64,000 bases of DNA, from NCBI RefSeq assembly GCF_009914755.1, contig NC_060930.1. The stretch is one strand, 5' to 3'. Positions 54,718 through 64,000 of this stretch are shown here, one piece after another (position 1 is the stretch's first letter; each line of letters starts with the position of its first letter). Origin of the DNA: the human T2T-CHM13v2.0 reference genome, Homo sapiens. A program made the translations under genes and the position numbers. Under the pieces are notes generated by a model. That model made no database searches. It saw nothing but the letters and a program-made list of their open reading frames with translations, and had not been told where the DNA came from.

Positions 54718-54929
54718 TCGTTCTGGAAATTTGTGGACAAACATGGAAGATTAAACATGTAAATTTATATTTCTCTGCCTCTCAAAATCTATTAAAATGA
54801 TAGCAGGAAAATAAAAATAATACTACTAACAGCTAATGAGATTTTACAAAACTTTGAAAGCTAAAAAAAGATGAATGATTAATAACGAACTTAACTCAGA
54901 ACCGATGTCAACAAAAACCAAGTCAAGTC

Positions 54930-55730
54930 ATACTGTCTTGACTTGTATGGGTTTCTGCTTGCCCAGCACAGCAGCTGGGGTCTGCTTGCCCAGCACAGCA
55001 CAGCCAAACACTGACACTGGGATAGCAGCAAGAGAAAGTTGAGGCATTTATTGTAGGGCACCAAGGAAGGAGAATTGAGTAGCTCATGCTTAAGACCTGA
55101 ACTCCCACATTGCTTACAGGTAAGAGTTTTTAAAGGTGAGGAGGCAGAGGTTACAGGCGACGTCATAAATCAATACACGGAAGCTATACGTTGGTTTGAT
55201 TTTAAAAGGCTGGACATCTTGAAGTGGTTCGGGGCACAGGTTACAGGTGGATTCAAAGATTTTCTGACGTTTGATTTGCTAAGGAGGCAAAGCTTTGTCT
55301 AAAAATTTGGGATCAGCAGAAAAGAATATTAGCTCTCGCTCAGGGGTGTGATCTCCTCCAGGCCCCTCAGGAAGAAATTCAGAACAAAGAACAGCGATCA
55401 GGATTTAGTCTTCAGTTTCCCATTATCAGGGGTCAAATCATGTTGGACAGTAGATCTGTTTGGTGGGGGATCTGGGTTTCTGGAAAACAACCCAGGGACA
55501 TATGTTAAAATGTTATCTTAAGTTTCTATAGGGAATAAAACATCTCCTGACTTTTTTGGGCCAATGTTTTAAGCTACTATTACCTTTTTGTTTATCAAAT
55601 TGCTCATTTATTTCTCAGCGCTAGCTAGGTTCCTGGAATTTTCCTTGAAGGAACTCAATATTTTCCTTTATTTCCATGCTTGGGGGTTGCCCACGGGCCC
55701 CTAAGTAGGGTCCCTACTCCATCTTAATAC
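54930..55730 (-). mobile_element. ERV1/MER4-group-like solo LTR (family not assigned)
   Basis: reverse poly(A) signal CATTTATTG and TTTTTAAA TATA-like motif at LTR-like spacing. Confidence 0.55.
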
Positions 55731-55885
55731 ACTCCTCCTTCCCAGAAATCTGAAAATTCCAGAAATTAAACACAAGATACTTCTAAAAATGATGGTGACA
55801 TTTGGAACTAAATAAAGGATCATTTTACTGAAAGTCTGAATAAGGAACAGTTAGAACTCCAACTCTAGATTTTCTCCATCACCAG

Positions 55886-56623
55886 TGTGATGGTTAATTT
55901 CTCCTGAAACATTATTTCTTATTATTTCCCAGGAAGCTCCCGCCAAATGAGGGAAGAAGCAAAGAAAGTGGAAGGTATGGGGCCAGGCATGGTGGCTCAC
56001 ACCTGTAATCCTACACTTTGGGAAGCCGAGGCAGACAGATTGCTTGAGCTCAGGAGTTTGAGACCAGCCTGGGCAATATGGTGAAACCCCGTCACTACCA
56101 ACTTGACTGAATTGAGGGATGCCTAGATGGCTGGTGAAGCATTGTTTCTAGCTGTATCTGTGAGGGTGTTTCCAGAGGAGATTGACCTGTGAGTCAGTGG
56201 ACTGAGAGAGGAAGACCTACCCTCAGTGTGGCAAGCACCATACAGTCAGCTGAGGGCTAGGCTGGGGCAAACAGGAAAGAGAGGGAATTCTCTCTCTTTG
56301 CTCTCTCCCTTCTGGAACAAGACACCTTTTTCCTTCCTGCTTTTGGACATCAGATTGCACCATATTCATCTTTTAGACACTGGGATTCGCACGAGTGGCT
56401 TCCCAGGAACTCTTGGGCTTTTAGCCTCAGAGTGGGGGCCAAACCCTCTGCTTCCCTGGTTCTGAGGCTGCTGGGACTGAGCCACATTACCAGTTTCTCT
56501 GGTGCTCTAGCTTGCAAGATGGCCTATTGTGGGACTTCCACCTCTGTGATCATGTGTCAATTCCCTAATAAATTGCCTCTCGTATATAGTATTGGTTATG
56601 TCTCTCTGAAGAACTCTAATACA
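55886..56623 (+). mobile_element. MLT2 (ERVL) solo LTR with a 207-bp insertion
   Basis: TGTGATGGTTAATTT start, CAACTTGACTG..GGATGCC continuation at 56099, CTAATAAA signal, GAACTCTAATACA end. Confidence 0.85.
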
Positions 56624-57532
56624 GCTAGGTTGCCATGAGACTCCTCTTTCCCTTCCAGATAGAAGACTACAGATTTAGTTCATGAAGAAAACGAACCAAA
56701 AAAACCAGCTATGAACCCTATCCTGGGGGTTCAAAGGCTTGACCCTATCCTTAGGGTAAAGGCACTGGACTGAAAATGGGAAATAGGGAAGGCTAAATAC
56801 TAAATTATGAACCTCTTGCTCCTTTTCCCCCATCACATCTTGATATGTGATTTCTGCCTCCAAGGCAGGAGGTTGGAAAATTCCTCCCCAGAGAAATCAA
56901 TTGTCCCAAGAGAAAGACCTAACAGATGTCAACTTTTAGGAAGTTATCCAATGATACAGCCAGGTCCCTATTTTACCACTCTGTGGGAAGGCTGCCAATT
57001 GGTGAATAAACAAGCCCCACTGACGCACAGTGTATAGAAGGTTTCTTTAATGTCTTATTCTTAAATATGAATAGATACTCAAGGGTTCCAGGCATTTGAG
57101 TACAGCCTATGGCAAGTAAGATGGAGAGCTAAACAATAATCATAGTTTAAAAAGTAAGCTCTGAAGAAAAAAAGAAAGAGAAAAAAATTTCAATGGAAAC
57201 CACAATTAATATCCTCAGATAGATAAGAAAATGTATTGAATCTCTAAATCCAAAATAGGAAATAGCTGTTGGGATTAAAAATATTTCATACTTTAAAATA
57301 CACATATTAATAGAGGCCTGGAAGATAAAGCCCAAGAAATTTCTCAGAAAACAGAACAAAAAGAACAAGGGATAGAAAAACAGGAAAGGAAAATAATCAA
57401 ATGAGAAATTGGATTCTACATCCAACTAATAAGAGATACAGAGAGGAATAACAACAAAAACAATGGAAAATTAGTTATCAATGAAATGACATGATAATTC
57501 ATGACTTAATAATAATTTCTCCTGAAACATTA

Positions 57533-57962
<430 letters not shown>

Positions 57963-58088
57963 CTACCAAGATGAGAGAGAACAGACAGGAATGAAGGCAG
58001 AAAGGAAGAAAAAGAAAGGGAGGGAGGGAGGAAAGAGGCAACTGACAGATCACTTCATGTTTATGACCATACTGAGAGAAATATATTC

Positions 58089-58722
<634 letters not shown>

Positions 58723-60308
58723 GATCTCCAGCAGTGTGTTTGAAGATGAGTTAGTGATGAGTAGTTAGAAAATTAAGCAAATGATAATGACAGAAAACAG
58801 GCAATTAATTTTAGAACAATAAAAAACTATACAAGGAATGTAATTTTTACATAAAAATTTAAATATTGATTTAACCAAAATAATTTTGATAGAACTATAT
58901 TGGAGGATGTGCGATCAGGAAGTATGTGTAAATGTGTATGTTGGGAGGTTAGTGCAGTTATGAGTAATAAATTCTCATTTTACATCTATAACAATAGAAA
59001 ATGTCTATGACTTTACAAATTAAGAAATAGCAGTGTATGATTTTAAAATATTTAATTAGAAAAGAGATACCAATAAGAATACCTAAACAAGTTGAAAATA
59101 GTAGCTTCTGGGGAGCGGCATCTGGGGATGGTCAGGTGGGAAGTGTTAATTTTCACGATAAACTTATTATTGGACCCTTTAAATGATATATTTGTATTAT
59201 TTGATTACAATAAATAAAAATTTAATTGTAAATTACTACACCTTCTGGACAGGGAATAGATTATAAAGGAGTCAAGGTAGATACAGATTGCTTAATTAGG
59301 ATACTACTGCAGTTTATGAAATAAATGATGGAATGCTAGAAGAAGTGTCAGTAGAGATGGACTAGGTGTAGATGTGGACTATTTTGGAGCTAGAAGCGAA
59401 AGACAGGAGGCACTGGTAAGGGCAAGGTAAAGAATGATTCATAAGTTTTTTAACTGGAGTTTCTGGCTGCGTAGTTGTATCATTACAGAGATAAAGAGGC
59501 CTGAGAAAGAAATAAAGTGGAATGGGATAGAATAAAAAAATCTGTTTTGGCTTATTAAATTTGAGATGCCCATCAGACATCCAAATGGAGGTTTGATATA
59601 TGAGTTTAGACCTCCAGGAAGAGGTCAGGGATGGAAATTTGAATTTGGGAGAAAGTGGTTTATAGGTAGATGGCTTTTAAAAATACAGGAGTATGTTGTA
59701 TCACCTAGAGAGGCAATGCAGCAAAGTAAGAGGCCTGGCGCCAACATTTATAGGTTGCTTAAAGGAGGAAGACTAAATAAGGAGGATGAGAAAGAAGAGG
59801 CATGAAGCTGAAAGAAGGCCATTCATTTCTTTATCTTTGGAAAACTGAAAAAGTATGTGTGGTAGAACCTTTGGTACACTGCCCAAGTTCTGGTTCAGGA
59901 CTAAAGGATTTTCTTCCCCCAATGATGAGGGCTCTAGGCCAAGTTCCACTTCAGAAACTGCACTCTGGTCAAAGGGAGCTGCTGCCTCACCCAAGATTAA
60001 CCCTCCTCTCTGGATTTGATTCAGTGATATCCAAAGACTTCTTGATTCAGTGATAGAAACATGAGCCTCTAGCCTCAACAGTGACAATTCTGAAGGGCCA
60101 TCCCAGCTTCTGCACTTCCTATAAGATTGTCTGAAGTCTCTGTTGCTAATAATGCAACATAATTTATCTCTCTGTAGAATCCTGCTTCCTCACTCCTGTT
60201 ATTATTCCCAAAGAGCACTCTGCAATAAATATCAGGTGGCAAATCTTGAATCTCAGTCTGTTTCCCTGTGTTCCGTGAAAGGGCTGTATATGCAAAGCAA
60301 CTGCCAAA

Positions 60309-60710
60309 TGTTGAAGGAGCCAAGAACCCAAAAAGGCAGAAAAATCAAGTTAATTGGTCTTGGGTGATTTATTAGGGGAACTTACAGACAGAAGCGTGGT
60401 CTTGGGTGGCCGCAAGACAGGTAGATCTCCATACCACTAAACCCAGGGCTAACTCTCTAAACCCAGGGCTTATATCTTAGGGAAAATATACGTACTCTGG
60501 AAGGAATGTTTAGGTGGCTACAGGTGTCACAGCCTGTGATTTCTGTAGCAGCATCAAGGATTGTTTTGGAGGAAACTTACGGTGAATAGGTGTTCCTACT
60601 TAAAGAGTAATACATCAACTAGACATTTTGGGAGCATTCCTGGACTTGGGGTTAGTCAGAAATGCTAATGGCAGATTAGCATTTCAAATAAAGTCACTCT
60701 GTCCCCACAT
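60309..60710 (-). mobile_element. probable solo LTR (family not assigned)
   Basis: TG...CA ends, reverse AATAAA (TTTATT) and GCTTATAT at LTR-like spacing. Confidence 0.5.
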
Positions 60711-61162
60711 CCTGGATCAGACCTATCGATAGCAGCAAGGATACATGCTGTTGTGTGGAATGACTTGTGCTACAGAAGTGAGGGAAATTTAACAATAATT
60801 TACAACTTCAACAATTAGGATGGTCATGTGTCCCAGTTTGCCCAGGACAGTCATCCCAAAAAAGTTACTATTAGTACCCCATTCCACTATCAAAAATGTC
60901 CTGGTTAACACAAATTATATGATCCTGCTACTGATAACTTTGAGTCTTAATCTAGTTCTCATTAAGATAAACTACTTAGGTACGAATCACAGCTACTTCT
61001 TACTAGCCCTGTGACAGTGGAAAGTTTACTTACACATTCATCTGTGCCTCAGTGTCCCCTATCTCATGTTGTCATTGTAAAGTTAAGTATATCAAATTTT
61101 AATTTTGCAGTGATCAACAGGATCTCAGAAGAAGTATGTTCTTACTTTGATAACTTACCTGC

Positions 61163-61842
61163 TTCCTTATTCCATTTGGGCTGCCATAACAAAAATACCA
61201 AAAATGGGTTGACTTATAAACAGTAAACATTTACAGACAGTCCCCGACTTATGATGGTTTGACCTATGACATTCCAACTTTACAATGGTGCAAAAGTGAT
61301 ACACATTAATAATAAACCATACTTCAAATTTTGAATTTTGATTCAAAAATTCTTTATAACTTTATTCTGACATAGGCTTTGTGTTACATGACTTTGCCCA
61401 ATTGTAGCCTAAGTGTTATGACTATGTTTACAGTAGTCTAGGATAAGCTATAAGGCTCAATAGGTTAGGTGTATTAAATGCATTTTTGACTTACAATATT
61501 TTTCAACTTACTGATGGGTTTGTTGGGAAATAACCCCATTGTAAGTTGAGGATCATCTGTATTCCTCACAGTTTTGGAGGCCAGAAGTCCAAGATCAAGG
61601 CTCAGACAAATTTAGTGTCTGATGATAGCCGGCTTCCTCATAGACAGTACCTCTACACTCACATAGTGGATAGGCAAGGCATTTCCTTTGACCTTGTTTT
61701 ACAAGAGCACTAATCCCATCATTAGAACTCCATCCCCATGATGTAATCACCTCTCAAAGGCCCCACTTCTTAGTACCATCACTTTGAGGGTTAGGTTTCA
61801 ACACATGAATTTGAGAGGGACAAACATATTCAGACCATAGCA
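61163..61842 (-). mobile_element. MLT1A/MST-type LTR interrupted by a Tigger-derived MITE
   Basis: GGGCTGCCATAACAAAATACC..TCACAGTTTTGGAGGCCAGAAGTCCAAGATCAAGG..CAGACCATAGCA. Confidence 0.8.
61234..61559 (-). mobile_element. MER47-like TcMar-Tigger element
   Basis: TA|CAGACAGTCCCCGACTTATGATGG ... CCATTGTAAGTTGAGGATCATCTG|TA terminal inverted repeats with TA TSD. Confidence 0.85.
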
Positions 61843-62249
61843 TCTGCTTAAGTAAAAAGAAATTGGTGAGCCAATGGGTTAGAACCCTTTCTTTTCCATC
61901 ATGGCTTGTGGAGGAGGTAAGCTAATAGGGCAATACGCTCTCTACTGTTGAGGCAGCAGCTTTTGGGATAAAAGGACCACTGAGAAGTGGATTTTATTTT
62001 GACAGGCAGATTGGGAAAGATGCCATAGAAGGTCAGGTCTTGGTAGGAAGTTGCTGTGGTTGGCATTGCATACAACTAATGAAGTCAGCATCTTGATACC
62101 AATCCTATTCCTCCAGTTCTTTCCTGGATATGAAAAGCCGGGACCTAGACCCTGCTGAGCAGAGGTCTAAAAGACACCATTATCATCTCTTCTGCCATAT
62201 CTATCCAGAGGGAAGGCATGTCCAGATAGCAGGAATCTTCTTCAGGAGT

Positions 62250-62775
62250 ATAGAAACAAGTGCAGACCATCTAAATGAGAACAAGCAAAGCCAAATTTAT
62301 TTGGAGCTTACAATAGCAAGGGAGTCAGCCATCATCACTTGCATTTGTCAGAGACTCAACGGCAGGCAGAGGAGTGAGAAAGCTTTAGAGTGGAAAAAAG
62401 GGAAAGCTTCAGGTATGCCAATTCAAGGCTGTTGGCATGGAGAAGCTGCAGGTGGGCTAACTAAAAGCAGGGCATCCTATGTAATTATTTAGGGGTGGGT
62501 AGATATTTGGCTCTCTCTAGCTGGCCTTGAGTTGGAAGCCCTGACAAAACTTACAGAAGCTGTAAGTTATTAATCACGTCCTGGCCATTTGGGGTAGATT
62601 GCTACAAGGGTTATTGCTTGGCTTCCTGGACTGGTTGCTAAATATAGTAATCTGATTTCTTGGACTGGTTACTGGACATAGTAGGTTGCCTTCCTGGACT
62701 GGTTGTTGAAGGTTGTAGGTTAGTGTTCTATTTGTATATATTCTCTGGCCATTGTCTATTTGAATTCAGTCTCCC
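62250..62775 (-). mobile_element. probable old solo LTR (family not assigned)
   Basis: LTR-like layout with reverse AATAAA; internal repeats CTTCCTGGACTGGTT. Confidence 0.45.
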
Positions 62776-62866
62776 AGGACGGAGGAGTAGGGAGGAAATA
62801 AGAAAGGGATAGGGTGGCCAGGTGATTAAGGCAAATAAACTCCTATCAGTACTCCAATAGTCCTGT

Positions 62867-63721
<855 letters not shown>

Positions 63722-64000
63722 CTGCCCAGGTTTCCTTTGTCAAGCGTGCCTTTCTCAGCCCTACATACCCACAGTTAAATAATCCCTTCTCTCCTGTTTA
63801 TTTTTCAACTATTGAAAATAGCAAACATCTTAAAACAATTTGTCTTCATGTTTTTCCTCTTAAAAAATTGCAAACGTCTTCTGGGCAGGATTTATGTATT
63901 GTTTATCTTATTTATTCTCTTCCTATTGCATCTGGAACACAGTCTGTTTTCAATACCGTTTGTTGAACTCCAGGGTAGATTACAGGGCTGTGTATTATAA

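Noticed and set aside
62130-62492. 120-aa plus-strand ORF
   Set aside because: Runs into LTR-like sequence; no coding signature
63722-64000. KPNA5 promoter or exon
   Set aside because: No CpG island or exon is visible inside the window; the gene's proximity is recalled, not seen

Overview
Human (hominid) genomic DNA, recognisable as the RSPH4A-ZUP1 locus on 6q22.1. Plus strand: the complete 6-exon RSPH4A gene (radial spoke head component 4A). Its exons join with canonical GT-AG ends into a 2151-nt CDS (716 aa), and its promoter has an RFX X-box. Minus strand, convergent: the complete ZUP1/ZUFSP gene (1 non-coding plus 9 coding exons; 1737-nt CDS, 578 aa), with catalytic C360/H491/D512 recovered at the expected positions. 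ZUP1 has a CpG-rich promoter with paired ZNF143-type motifs. The rest is transposon-derived: about 30 Alus, a full-length L1PA3/4-type LINE-1 in the last ZUP1 intron, L1M/L2/MIR relics, and a cluster of solo LTRs (MLT2, MLT1, MER41B) in the last 10 kb. I see no new protein-coding gene. The most interesting structures not explained by standard annotation are: (1) the L1's target-site duplication lies about 290 bp past its tail, implying a 3' transduction; (2) its antisense ORF0 is open for 155 aa and points at the ZUP1 terminal exon; (3) a tailless 5' tRNA-Glu fragment sits between direct repeats; (4) a microhomology-bounded 207-bp templated insertion lies inside an MLT2 LTR; (5) ZUP1 exons 3-5 would form a stop-free, in-frame circle encoding only ubiquitin-binding modules; (6) a candidate 5'UTR intron and uORF overlap the RSPH4A X-box. 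Repeat subfamily names are from memory of consensus sequences, and repeat boundaries are approximate.
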